Assembly: GCA_000708835.1 (NCBI GenBank)
Contig: DF237031.1
Location: 162,423-226,422 of the forward strand
DNA: 64,000 nucleotides
Direction: 5' to 3'
From: Klebsormidium nitens
Taxonomy: Eukaryota > Plantae > Klebsormidiophyceae
Shown: piece after piece, positions 44,791-57,900 of the stretch
Position numbering within the stretch: position 1 is the first letter of the stretch
Layout of the letters: every line of letters starts with the position of its first letter
Translations under genes and position numbers: made by a program
The notes under the pieces: generated by a model
The model's database searches: none
Seen by the model: the letters and a program-made list of their open reading frames with translations, nothing else
What the model was told of the DNA's origin: nothing

Positions 44791-46339
44791 CTGGAGCTCT
44801 CCAAGCTAGTGCAAATTCGTGGCGGCGCTCGGCTTGGACCTATATATCAAAGGGCGCGCGCAGATAGCGGCGCAGTGAGGCATAGATACAAGTACTGAGA
44901 AGATGCCCGCTTGTTGAAAAGCCCGTCAAACTGTTCTACATTTAGGTGCAACTTAGCTACTGTACATGATCTCCTGCTTGGGTAAATTTTTGGAACCGAT
45001 CGTAGTGCTTCCACTATGTAGAAGCTGGTGGTACTCAATAGTCAGAATATGCACCGCATAGAAGTCAATAGATGAACACGTACGATTTAGAAGCTGTGCG
45101 ACATAAAGATGCAATCGACATTGTTCTAAGCATGTATTACTGTACATAATCCTGGTGCATGAGCCCGGCTGTCACCAGATTGTTTGGCGCCAATAGAGGC
45201 CAAATGCGCCCCCTTGCGCCGCGCGGACTCCTTTGACTCTTATGGCAGAGTTGAAATGATCATCGCAGGGCCCCGTGCCACCGCCGTAGCGCGCGCGGCA
45301 CTCGGTCAACGGTCAACAACAATGACTCTGCAACAGGGTCACTAACTAGTACTAGAGGACGGTCCGATCACACAAGATGATCAACTTCTAGCCTAGCCTG
45401 CAAAATGAAGTTTTGCTAGGCATCGTATCAGTATATATATAGGCTCACTGATGCAATTAAAGCGGTCCAGCTCCGTCTAGCTATATATAAGCTGGCAGGG
45501 CGGCCACATGCGGGCTAGGCTCATGATTCTCAACGTGGCAAGAACACTATAACATCAGATTTCGTGACCGCCACAATGATCATGTCTTGTGGAACCGTAT
45601 ATGGAATACCGTCATGTAAGCCTGCAACTATAGGTGCACAACGTATACCGTTCGATCGATCTGTACACGACTGAGTGACTGCAGAGGACGGTGGCGCTCA
45701 GTGGCATGCATGCCGCGCAACAAGAAGTCCATGCCAGCCTTAATTAAAGCTTGATCGAGTCATGCTTGAAATCGAAATTTAGTATGTCTCAGAGTCCTGG
45801 CCGCGCTTGCATGCGACCGTCCGGACGGTTACTTGCGCGTCACAAGCTGAACTGTTTGGTTAGTATCCTAAAAGCCCAGGCGGCTAGCGCGCGGCCCATC
45901 CGACGCGAATCCGTAAAAGCTATGAATTCAAAAGCTAGTCCACTCTAAGCAATTATCAGATTCATGCAAATTATCAACGGTAAGTTTACTTGCTTAGACT
46001 TATTGTATATCTACTGAACCACGTTTTACTGACGGGACCTTATACGACTCTTCACTAATGTACGTGCTAAATCAGCTTTTGCTGATCGAAGTGTCCAACA
46101 AAAGATTGTAATCTGATTTATCAGGACGACTCTACAGACATTCTTGGGAACGCTTTGACGTAGATGATTGTATGTGTCTACCAGTTTGACGGAATCCAAA
46201 GGGGAGTAGCTCCTCCAGGTAATCTTCTCGCCCCCACTCCTCTTCTTCTGCGCTGCGGGTATACCTTGCCCACATCCGTACGACCCGCTGCTGACGTCAT
46301 CCTAATCTTATAAGTTAAGCCCCCAGGCCGCTGATCTTA

Positions 46340-49300
46340 CTACGTCGATTCAGGCGGCTTGTACTCGGAAAGGCCGTCCCTTACGTTTTGGAGGAAGCGG
46401 TCGGTCGAGAGGAGGCGAGTGAAAGTCTCGACGTATTGCGCGTTCTTTCGCCCGTCCACATCTTTGACCACCTGAGCAGACGAAACTTCGATAGTTATGC
46501 AACCATTGCAAAGGTTAGTCTGCCGCTCTGCGCACAGTCTCCGCTTTGTGCACTTTACAACGAGGCCGTGCTATTGGAATTGAACAATTGGGAGACCAAG
46601 TGTCGTTGGTCTGGGCAAAGAAGCTTTTACACCATAAAGAAGAACTTGCCGTCAGACTCCATTTTCCACCCTTTCTGGAGACGCTCGCACTGTTGTTCAA
46701 GTCTCAATTTCAGAACTTGAGCGAACCTTAATCTGACGAGATCATATCTAGCTCGTAAAAACAGACTCAAACGGGTAAAGTGCTCACAGCTGCGCCGGAA
46801 GGAGAACGGAGAACTTGAACTCAACGAGTGCTCAAGAATACTGAAGTGACGCCCGGTCGTTGCATGGCCAATAACTGGAGACTTCATTCCACAGACCCGT
46901 TGACACAGCTCGGAGGAGAGCTCTCCTCCTTTTCACGGTTGAGTCTCCCCACTTGAGAATAGTCTTCTCGGAGGCTTCATTACCTTGTCAAAGACTTTGA
47001 TGGCGTGGCTCCCAAACTGGCGGGCCAGCAGGTTGATGATCCAGGCCGGCACCATTGCCAGTTTCATATCCATGTCGAAGATCGTCCGAAAGTAGCATTT
47101 CGAGGGGGAGATTTGCTGGAAGATGTAGCCCCCCCGTACGTCCATTCTCGTCACGCCTTTCTCTACGGGGGGAATGGGAGGGCCCTCTCGCGAGAGGGGG
47201 GAGGGACCCGGCGGGGGCTGTAGTGAGAGCAAACGTGTGCCCTTTGGGTCCGTGAAAGATCGCTGGAATCGGAACGGACTCTTTAGTTGAGTTTACCTCT
47301 GTAAGCTGGTCGGAACAAGCACTCAAAACGACTATTGTGCCCAGAAGTCAGGAGACAAGGAGCTCGAAGGTTCCCGTGATTTTCTCCGCTGATCACGGTC
47401 TTGTACAAAACCACATGGCACAGCAGCGAGCATAGGGCAGTCCCGACATGAGCTGAGCAGTTGCGACTGATCTGGATGCATTGTGTGCTCCGGGCACCTT
47501 CTGTTGTGGCTGCGGAAGGCGCACAATTGGAGGGAAGGCATACAAGCACCAGCTCTCACGGTAATAACAACCTAGATTCATTGGACCCCCAGTCATATGA
47601 CTTTTGACGAACCCCGCCACAGCGCCAGGGCTGAGCACCTACATAAGACAACCTCTCTAGACGAGAAAGCAATCTAGCTCCCCGCTCGTGATCTCGCCAG
47701 ATCTGTCACAAAGAACGAGTAGCGACAAGAGAGCAATCTACTTCTCCCGCTTGTATTCTGCATTTGTACAGAGAGGGAGTATCTCACCGTTCTCAGCACT
47801 ACGATCACGAGGCCCTTCTCAAAGCACGGCACGGTGTACACCTCAAGAAGGGTCTCTCGGGGTTCAAAGGGCCACGGAGTTCTTAACCTGGACAAAGGGC
47901 AGGAATGAAAGATCAGCGGGAAGCAAATTACTTGGAAAAGGCCAAAAAAGGCATATCTTCTCATCGCTGAAACGACGCTTAGACTAGATTCCTCTTGCGC
48001 CGTCAGAAGCAGACATCAAAGAAGACTCGAAAAGATGATCAGACAGACCCCGGCAATTACTGAACGGGTAACTAGGATCTTTTCCATGTTACGAGCTGGT
48101 GGGCCCTTTAGATCTGATAAGAGCACTTGTGACCATTGATTCGACTAATAGTTCGTGAATGCATGCTGTTGTTGTGAACGCCAGCCAAAAGCGGCAACCT
48201 CATTCCGATGCACCTATGGTGCTCCAAAACCCGTTCTATTTCAGCCCATCAGATGTTGCTAGCTCGAATGTTTTCTGTTGACTTGAGCGCCTTATGCTCG
48301 GCTGGACTCAATTGAGCAGAACCGTCAAGTGGTGGGATCAACCAGAAGGCGTTCCTCCGACTGAACGCTAAGGACGGCAGTGACGCGGGTAGTCCGTCGA
48401 AAGAGGTACGCCGTTATTTGGAATAGAGTCCCTGATCGAATGTTTCTAAACGCTTGGACCACCGGCTTCGGTCATTCAAAGGCTCCGATATGGAGAGCGG
48501 ATGCTCGCGCATACCTGACGACCAGCACGCCTTGCCCCGGTGTTGGCTGCTCAAGCCACTTTGACTCCGTGTACTGGACGAAACAAAAGGTGGAGAGGGA
48601 GTCAGAAACCTTCCTGGTAATTGAGGGGTGAAGTATGCTGTCTTAGAGGAGCAACTAAGTATGAACGTTCTCGATTGGTGGCCTGGGTTGGGTGTGATTT
48701 TTTCATGGTGCAGACTTGTTGACTTTCCAACTGCTTGCTTATCAAAAGAAGACTCCAAGGCAAACGGACGCCGAAGGTTGTCGGCTTCGAATGGGCGCTG
48801 AAAAGCTTCTGGCGGGCCTTTGTGAGACGAACGAACGTCGGTGCTAAAGAATCTCAAAGGGTGCTGATTGTGTACAACATGAAGGATCCCTCCTTGAGAC
48901 GTTGTAAGTAGCTACCAACCGCTGAACTCGCAATTGGGCAGGAAAGACGTACCTGGGGATACAGGTCCTTTGCGCTGTTGACCTCCCACAAAACGCAGAG
49001 CGCTGCAAACAAGAATCCCTGACAATCGATCATGGGAACGCTGAGGGAACGATAACGTGAATTCAGCTGATTATCCTGACCGCGCCCCAATTTTGGAAAT
49101 GACCCAGATGAATAAGACCGTCTGAAATGAAACCCTCATCATTTTGGCATTGATCGATTGCAAGGACTGAAGCAGAAGTTCTCAATGGCTGGCCAATCCA
49201 GCAGAGGTGCGCACATCCGAATTTTAAGTTGGGATTCTCCGGCCAGGTTTTGAGCCGACTTTCAAAAAGTCGCCCGCAATTGAGGTTCTGATTTCACCTG

Positions 49301-50232
49301 TCGTCATAGGGCCATCAATGAGCCCTTCTAGACAAATGGTGTGAAAGGGTGTTCCCTCCGGCCCTCGTCGGTACAGCACCCGCATCTGGCCGTTGTCATG
49401 TTTCAGCTGGAAAGAAGTGCTGCTAGATTTAGATTGCATGCTCGCAAGTATTTGGTAATAAGAGGGTGGGCTTAGAGCAGGGTTCGAAGGCCCACACACA
49501 CAAGACAGAACTTGGAATCAAGGGACTAACATGCTTGTTTGTGTGAGATTTGTAACAATGCAGGAAAGGTCTTTAAGTTACAGAAAGACGGATATGGAAC
49601 CATGAACCTCTGGTTGTTACATCCTTCGGTGCTGTGGTAAAACCGTTTGAGCAAAGACAAGGCCCGAGTAGTGGTGTAATCGCAAAAGAAACTACACATG
49701 GAATTGCGATTATTTCTGAAAATTGTTGTCTCATTGTGTACGAGACGCCAGGGATTTTCACTAAAAGACACACATGTCCTTCTAAAAGAACTTCTTCAGT
49801 CCAAAAACGTTCGTTCAAATCCAGAGGATTATTGATGCATGCTTGACATCCTGAACGCTGGCGCATACCGTCAGTCTGACCAAATGTCTGTTCAGTCTGT
49901 CACAAAATCTCAAACCTCCATTCCGCATTGCTGCTCACTTTCCACTTTCTTGTCACAGATTTGCCGCCGTCATGGAGGCCATCGTGTGCCACAACGACCG
50001 TTTCCCCCGCACCCCTCAGCGTGTCCAAGAGACCCCAAACCTCTGCAGACCGGTTGTCGCAATCTGCAGAGTCTGCTAACATGTCCTGCTCAGACAGCGG
50101 ACCTCTGGCTGACACATCTACATCCGCTCGCTGAAAGGTGCGTTCAACAAGTCTGCGCACTGAGTCTTTGCTGCAGAGTTCAGGGGACTGCAGGTTTTCA
50201 TCCAGCAGGGCCCTTGCCGAGGCTCGGTCCAT
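46340..50232 (-). CDS. START/SRPBCC (polyketide cyclase/lipid transport superfamily) protein, plant type, ~325 aa
   Basis: Minus-strand exons 50232-49939, 49406-49298, 49002-48953, 48573-48515, 47887-47788, 47217-46984, 46471-46340; phases consistent (978 nt). Motifs: WKLKHDNGQMRVLYRRGPEGTPFHT, RLRTPWPFEPRE, RMDVRGGYIFQQISPSKCYFRTIFDMDMKLAMVPAWIINLLARQ. An acceptor just upstream of the ATG suggests a 5'-UTR intron, so the start and last exon are less certain. Confidence 0.82.
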
Positions 50233-51957
50233 TGCAGCGCCCTTTCCGTTTCTTTGAGACTTGCCCACACCTAGTTGGCAGCAAGTGGCAACAACCTAAG
50301 TCAAGAGCTAGGGGACCGCCACAGCTCCTTAGGGCTGTCACTATATACCTCTTCACAAGCAGCGGACTGTGGACGGCCCGAATAGCGCATCTGCCTGGGT
50401 TACCCTCAACTCTTGGGAGGGTCGTTTACGTAGAGTCAGGCTGAGGCCGGGGTGATGTGTCTGGATGATGGGCACTAGAAAGCGGGGGGTGGAGGTTTAT
50501 GGAGGTTCTTGCAGCCAAGCAGCTTGGATTCGCGCCACATTGCGGCCCCGAATTTGAGAGCTGTTGGGCAACTCCAAACTGCTATGGTTCACCTATTTAT
50601 ATCCCCCCTGATGTGGCTCCTTAGTGGCTATGCCCTTCTGGTTGTTGAACTTCGGTCAGCAAAAGCTACAGATAGTAGGTCTGCTAGCTTCAAAAGCATA
50701 GCCTGTACATCAGAGAAAATAGCTCTCACCGCTATTCCGCCGTAAGCTCTAGAGGTTCAGCACCATTGATACAGCCCCGGAGGAAGTTGAGGCTAGGATC
50801 ATGGGAACCTGTCACATTTGGTCCCTTGTGCGGATGAGCCCCACGTTCATGCCTGCACACCTCCTCAATGACGCGGGACCTGAAACAAGAACCTGTCTGT
50901 AAAAGCAAACTTGCCACGCCTTGCAGAGAAGGAGGAAGGAGAGAAGACTGGATCAAACTCTTAGTCTCTGAATCACTTTCTTCATGAGTCTCGCATCGGT
51001 GACTGGAAGGAAGAGTAAGTCAGCGCGGGTCTATGGCTTGACCCATCTATCTGCAGCATAATCTTGCGAGCTGTCACTATCTATTTCTTGCTCTGGGGTG
51101 TTGCACTGGAGTAACATAGGCAGCTAAAATAGGCACACGAAGTGTCCTTCTCTAAAGATCTCTGCGACTACGACACGAAAGGCATACTGCGCAGTGTGAC
51201 CCGTTGTCTGCATTGCGTTTTCATTGCAATGCTCTCATCTGACAATTCATGTGCTAACGAGCAGCCGCCCGCCAAATAGAGCTTCAATGGAGGATCGCCA
51301 AGCCGCCATTGGTTACAAGCGATGTGTTCAAGCGTGTCTTGACTCTCAGTAGACTTGCTCACAGGCCCAGACAGCTTTCTTCTCCAGAGTTCGAGCATGG
51401 AAGTGAGACTTCCATGCAAGGCACTCCCTCCAGATCTTGCTACCTTTCCAGAGCTGAGAATGAACACTTTCGAGACTCTGTGCAAACAGAGCGTAATACC
51501 TGGTTAGTAGGATTGCGTCAGAGATGACCCACCTATTGCCGTCGGTCTTAACCTGTCCACAAAGCGACCTTGAAGCATGTAAGACGGCATCCATGTCGCT
51601 GCCAACCTCATCCAGAACCGCCCGGTTTGCACCAAGTGCTTCGAAACCTTGCAAGTGCTTGCAACAAAGGGTTTCGTAGTTTGACCGTGGCCCTGGGTAC
51701 CGTACGTTGTGTTTTCAGGTGGCTGGCAGACACATTGTCATGACTTCAATTCTTGAAAAACTCTTTCCAGAAAAGTTGAAACAGATGAAGGAAATCTATG
51801 CTGATCCAACTTGCGAAGGAGGTTCTTGGATCTTGAGCTCGTCTGCTAGCATGAGCTGAATTGTCTCGTTTTGCACGTTGTCTGTCCAAAGAACAGCTCC
51901 GGCTTTGGCCAGCGTTGCGGTGTTGTAAAAGTCCAGGTAAAAAGGGGTGCACGCACA

Positions 51958-54900
51958 ATGGCGTGGGCGGGCTTCCCCAAAGTGAGCCTGGGCGACCTGG
52001 CGGGCGCTGTGAATAAGCTCCAGGAGAGTGTGAAGAGCATTGAGAAGAACTTTGACTCCGCACTAGGGTTGGATCAGCTGCAGAAGCCAGCACAGGGTGA
52101 GTGAAACTCTAGGGTTTTCAGGGGGAGTTTGATTTGTGAGATTTTCATCTTCACTGGTTCGAAGAGTGCATGTTCTTGATAGAGTAGCAGGTGATCTCCA
52201 AGATCTGCTGCAACCGAATGCATTATGGCTGTTCAATACATTCCAGGGAATCATCTCTGAGACCACAGCAAAGTTAACATGTTTTTGAAGCTTAAAACTA
52301 GCGTTTCTTCCGTCACATCTTGCCTTGCTGGATCAAATTCAGCAATGCAGCAAGCGTTGGCATGATTGAGAAGCAAACGCATGCATCAAAGTCCTCAGTG
52401 AAGCACCATACCAAGATTGTGGTGCTTTGAGGTTGATGAGTTGGGCAGGATTTAGTGAAAACAAAGACAACAGTCTGGCCCGCCAAGGTCACAAAAATCT
52501 CCGCCGCAACTTGCAAACTCAGTGCTTTAGCCCCTTGTTATAGCAACGAAGTTGCCGATCGCTGAACTAAAAGTGTTGCATATACATGTGTTTTGCAATT
52601 GGCACATGATCGTGTGTGCCGGATGCAACAAGTCTTTGGATCCTACGAGGGGATTGCCAAACAGTTTTGGGACCGTTTATCACCGTTTTTAAACGCCAAA
52701 AGTGGTTCAAGTCCAGAGCAAAATGGCTCTCCGCCACCAGTCCTCCTATTGCCCCATTGTTGCAGATTTGCCACTGCCAGAAAGATCTGGGATTGCACTT
52801 TACGCCAAGGCCACTGCATAAAAGCATCCGACCAGTTCAAAGTTCTCTGCAATTCTTTCATTCAGATGCCCAAGACGCGTCCACAACTGCTGCCCCTGCA
52901 GCAGATCCACCAGGCGCCAGTGCATTGGACGGTTGGGGTTGGGGCGTGAAAGCAGAAATTGCGAAAGCACAGAGTAGCGGGGCAGCCACCGCAACGCAAG
53001 CAACAGACACTCCTCAACAGGCAGAGCCAATGAAAGCAAGCGGTTCGAATGTTCCGAAACCTGCTCCCGTGCCCATCCAAAGTCTTCGGAAAGAGGCGCC
53101 GGCGAAAGGCCTTCCCCCGCTTAGTCCTCCAGGGACAGGCACTGCAAACAGTGTTGGCAATGAGGGGGCGGAGGCTGGTGAGGAACACAAGGCTGACGCG
53201 GGAGCTGAGACAAAGCCTTCGGTTGTCCCGCCATTGCAAGGAGCGAAAGGAGGGACCGATGTCGCCGCTCTGGCGAGATTTGAAGCGGCAGCCGAGCCTG
53301 TTGAGGTCCCTCCGACAGAAGAAACTTTGAAAACTGGCTTAGTTGTGGAAGCCAAGGAGAAGGGCACTAGTGCGGCAGTGCTGAGCTCAGCAACTGCAGG
53401 GAAAGAGCCTGGCCAGCAAGCAGGTGGAAAGAAGCCTGTAGAGGACCAGGTCTCCAGCGGGGGCCCGGAGACAGCTGTGAAGGAAGAAGCGGCCGCTGGG
53501 GCAAGTGCTAGTGTGAATGCGCCCATGGCCCAGGCCAAAGCTTCAGCAGCTGATGCGAGCGCGCCAGGAGCTGACGTCACCGAGCTCCAGGCGGGTGTAA
53601 GCGCAAGCGGGACAGACGGGGTTGAGACCACAGAAGACGAGGATGCGGGAGGTGTTGATACGGGCAATGCGGGGGTGCGCAGTATGAATGCGCCCCCGGA
53701 GCCGGTGACGCTGGCACGCATCGTTGGAGGGGTAGAGGCGTCACAACCGTTTGGACATGGGGAGGCGACATCTCAGGAAGAGAGCGTGGCTTCTCCGAAG
53801 ATCAATCTGGCAAGTGCTTTTCCGGCGGCAGCGGCCCCGCAATTCAAGCCACATGCGGAAGTTGATTCGGTGGTCGATCTGGTGTCCAGTGACGGGAGGG
53901 GGGATGTACGAACGTCGGGGCTGGGCCTTGTCTCAGAGGGAGAGAGCACTGATATGGAGACGGGGGGAAACGAAAGGGAGACTGTTCACTTGGAAGTAGG
54001 GGAAAGGGCGGAGGGAACAGAGGAAAAGCAGGTCGGGAAGAGCCAAGAGGGAAGCGCGGAAAACGCGTTGGTTGAGGAGTCTTCAGCAGTCTTCCCGGTT
54101 TCAAAAAATGCCGAGATGGAAGCGACCACTTCCTGTGAGAAACCAGAAATTCCCAAAGCCCCAGCTGTTGAAAAAGTTGCAGAAAGAGCGGATACATTGA
54201 AAGGAGGGGCAGATAAGGAGGATGACGGAAGAGGGGGCGTTGGAAAAGGGAGGGAGGTCAAGGTGGCCAGTGAGGGGGAGGCGGCAGAGCTGGCACGGCT
54301 GAGGGAGGAGCTCAAGGCGATGGAGGTCGCTCTGCAGCATGCGGCCAAGCAGGCACAGGTGAAGCAGGCCCCTCAGAGTCTCTTCTTGCATTGACAGCGT
54401 TGTTGGGCAGCCGAAGTTGTTGGGAGGGGCGGATACGCTGTCTTCTGCGAGGGGCCAGGGAAGAGGTGCTGTGAAGGGTTCTTTGAAGGGTCTGGAAAGA
54501 ACTTCAAAAGATAGAAGGAAGTCTTTGCGAAGCGTCTGGTCCCTGACGCAGAAAAGGCTGAGAACTGTTTGCGCCAGTGTGGCAGATTCGTTGTAGATTC
54601 ATTTGACAAGTTTTGGAGGTTTTGAAGTCTACTCGGTGCGCGCATGCTGATCCTGTTTAACCGCTCCCAAGCTGCTTCTGGCTGCGATTGTTGTTCTTCA
54701 CCTCCACTTCAAGAGCTTTGCAGAAGAGCGTTGCCCCCTGTTGGCCTCTTGCAAAGGTATGAGCCGGCGGCAATGCGGGGAGGAAGTCTGCACTCGGGTT
54801 CTGTTCTGCACATCACTCTCGCTTCAAAAGTTGGATGTAACAGCTTTCTGAAGATTATGCGTTACGACATTCTGATCGCTCACTATCTGCTCCTCAGACC

Positions 54901-57900
54901 CGGACCAACGAGCTAGCCGAGATGGGAACTGCGAATGACAACCTCAGGGCAGAGTTGGAGGATGTCAAAGTGAGAACCCCACCCGTCTCTTTGAAACCCA
55001 ACACGACGGGAATGCAATATTCAATTGTAGATTAAGCAGCTAACATCAGATTCCTCCTACCACAATGTTGAATGTAATCTGTTTGGTGTCATGTTCACAC
55101 CTCATTTCGGGATCCGAAGTTGTTGTTTTGCCCTCAAACTTAGCAGTATTGGTACTCCTTCATTCCGTTTTGGCAACTCCGCAGCCATTTCTTGAGCGCT
55201 GCTCCTTGCAGGAAAGCATAGTAAGCCAGGGTACAAAAGTGCGTTTTCTTGGCATCTGACCTGCTTAGGCCCGCAGTACTTCGATGATCTTCCATCAAAC
55301 ACAGGTGCAGCCGTTCGTTCCCCTTATCTTAATTCTCTAACGCATAACCTGACTCTTCCATTGTGTGTTACAGCGGAAGAAGACGGACGAGTCTGACCTG
55401 GAAGCGCTGCGGGCAGAGTACCAGCATCGACTGGGGACTGCAGAAAGGAAGGTACGGTCCATTGCCATGGAAGTGCTTGCCCTCTCTGGACTTAGCAGAT
55501 TCAATTGCGATGGAAAGTTGTTTACGAAGATCGACCTTATGAAGCTCGAAAGTACGTGGGAAGTAGCAGGTGAAGTCAATGACTCGGGGTCGGCTTTCAT
55601 CGTCCTGCAGACATAGTCCCTCTTCGTTATAAATACGGGAAAAACGGAACGTTCTGCAAGTCAGGCAATCGCTGCAGTTGATAGCTTTGCCAATGTAATC
55701 GGGATAAATTTTTAAGAACGTCAACACCTTGAAAATTCTCAATAGTCAGAAAGACACGGCCAGGTTCAGGACTTGTCATGATAGGGACTTCGCAACTTGT
55801 CATCATAAATCCTGACACGTGGCTATCCTTGGTGGGTGCCAGGTGTACGCTCTGACCAAGGAGCGGGACATGCTGCGGCGCGAGAGCAGCCGCAAGAGCG
55901 ACACGAGCACGCTGCTCAAGGAGAAGGACGAGATTATCAAGCAGGTCATGGCCGAAGGTCAGCGCAGACTCGGAAGTCTGTTCATGTTTGGGCCGTAGAT
56001 TGTGTAACCTGTGAACCTTCTGTAAACTTTCCAGTGCCCACTTTGGACTACAGCACGCACCTCCGGTTTTGGCTACCACAGATGCCTCCCTTGTTTCGAG
56101 AACGCTGTTCGTGTGGGCCAGCCTGAGGTTGGCCGTCAAGTATGCCACAAATGTCGACAGCATAGTGCAGTCGTTGTTGGATTTAAGACCCAAGCTTCTG
56201 TGGCGGAACTTCGTGACCGCTTAGCTATTCGCTCATTCAAGATTGCGAGAAGATGTCCAATCAAATGGACGCGAAAAAGGTGTCCTTTCAACGGATAGTA
56301 AAGAAGCTGGCTTCTTAAGGACGCAAATAGCACGTTCATTCCAAGCGCTCAAAGAAGAAGACACATGCAGGTGAGGAGCTGAGCAAGAAGCAGGCTGCAG
56401 TGGAGGGCCAGATGCGCAAGCTGCGGGGGACCATCCGCGAGCTCGAGGTGGAACGGGACCGCCTCGTGTCGCGGCTGCAGGCAAGCAGAACCATACCTTA
56501 TGTAGAGTCTGATCATACCCTATTGCTCAGTCTGGCTGGGTAAAGCTCGCGCAGTTTTTGCGATTCCCTGCAATCACAGATTTAGCCTGACTGGCCGGTT
56601 GAAGTGCATTCAAGGGCTAAAGTTCGTACTGTGAGGCGATCGTTGTGGTTTGGCTGGCACTCTTGGGTCTGCAAGTGGTCGAATAATCTGCCGCTATCAT
56701 CAGTCGGTTCATCCGTCTCTGGATACTAGTCTCCTTTACGCCTGTCTCTTCAGAATAAGTGGCCTGAAAGGCCCCAGACAGTGTCAGAAGCGGTGAAGAT
56801 ACCAACAAACTTAGAAGGAGCAAGGAGACTGAAGAATGACCGAGCAGCATTTCGATGCCCGTAGGCAATTGTTCCTTGCCTTTTGTCGATCTAGTCAGTA
56901 GCTTCGGCGTACCTGTGGGTCGCACTGTTACATCTCAGAGTCACATAGAGAAAGATCGTATTGAAGAGCAGAACAGGTATCCTAAGCATCCTGAGCCGAC
57001 GTGCCAGGAGGCAGGTGGGACCGGGGGAGAAGTGAGCCTGGAAAGCCATTAGAAGACCCGGCAAAGACGGTTCACCGCCTTTCTACGCCAGAACGCAACG
57101 GGAAAGCGAATCTTTTTTGCTGGAATTCGTGCAGGTGGAGGAAGCCAAGACGGAGAGCATCCAGAAGGACAAGGCCAAGACGGAGCGCCAGCTGGCGGAT
57201 GCGGTGGAGCGCGCACAGGCGGAGCTGACGGCGCAGAAGGAGAGCTACACCGCAGCGCTGCAGGAGACGAAAGAGGCCCTGGCGAGGGCGGAGGCGGCAG
57301 CGGACAGCAGCAAGAGGAGCGAGCTGGACAAGCAGGTATGGTCGCCACAGGGCGACTTGCGGCTGGGTTGCGCAGGGGGTCGCTCGTGCAAAAGCGCGTT
57401 TATCTGTAAAAGCCCCGAAGCTCGTCGAGTGGGCCTGTTTGAAACGTCCAGTCTTGCTGACGCTGCTCAAAATCTGTGGAGTATTGCTGTGGCGGAAGCG
57501 TCGCTTTGATTGTTGTCCTGATTTTTGAGCCTAAGCAGGGATCAAACAATAGCAAGCATTCGTGAGCTCGTCTTCATGAATCTTCAACCCTTGCGAAAAG
57601 TGTTGATGACCTCTAAAAGCGCTGGTGTGCCAACGGTTGCACCTCGCTTTCCTGTTTCGTTGTCAGTTGAGAGTGCTCTCTTGGTTGTTACCTTAAGTTG
57701 CAAGACGGATCGAAGTGCTGGGGCTTCTGTGCGCTTAGTCCCAGTCGGGCAGGCACTCGATTTGTGAACTCTCGGATTTCCGTGTGAACCCTACCAATCA
57801 AAACATTGATGGCAAAGGGTACCAAGTAAAGGGTCGTGATTAGAAAAGCTTTGGCCTGCTGTTAAGAATTGTGACATGGTGCTCGACTCTGTTTCACCAC

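Noticed and set aside
29110-45225. Short GGCGC-rich look-alike motifs at ~29115, ~36850 and ~45190 as MITE ends
   Set aside because: Similarity covers only ~20 nt of GC-rich sequence, and no paired TIRs or target-site duplication were found.
46100-46385. Extra START exon after a donor-like AAC|GTAAGG at 46385/46384
   Set aside because: Reading through gives QNVRDGLSEYKPPEST*, which fits the family C-terminus better; the alternative splice cannot be excluded without RNA data.
53014-53721. 235-aa antisense ORF
   Set aside because: It is a shadow of the low-complexity GC5 exon 2.
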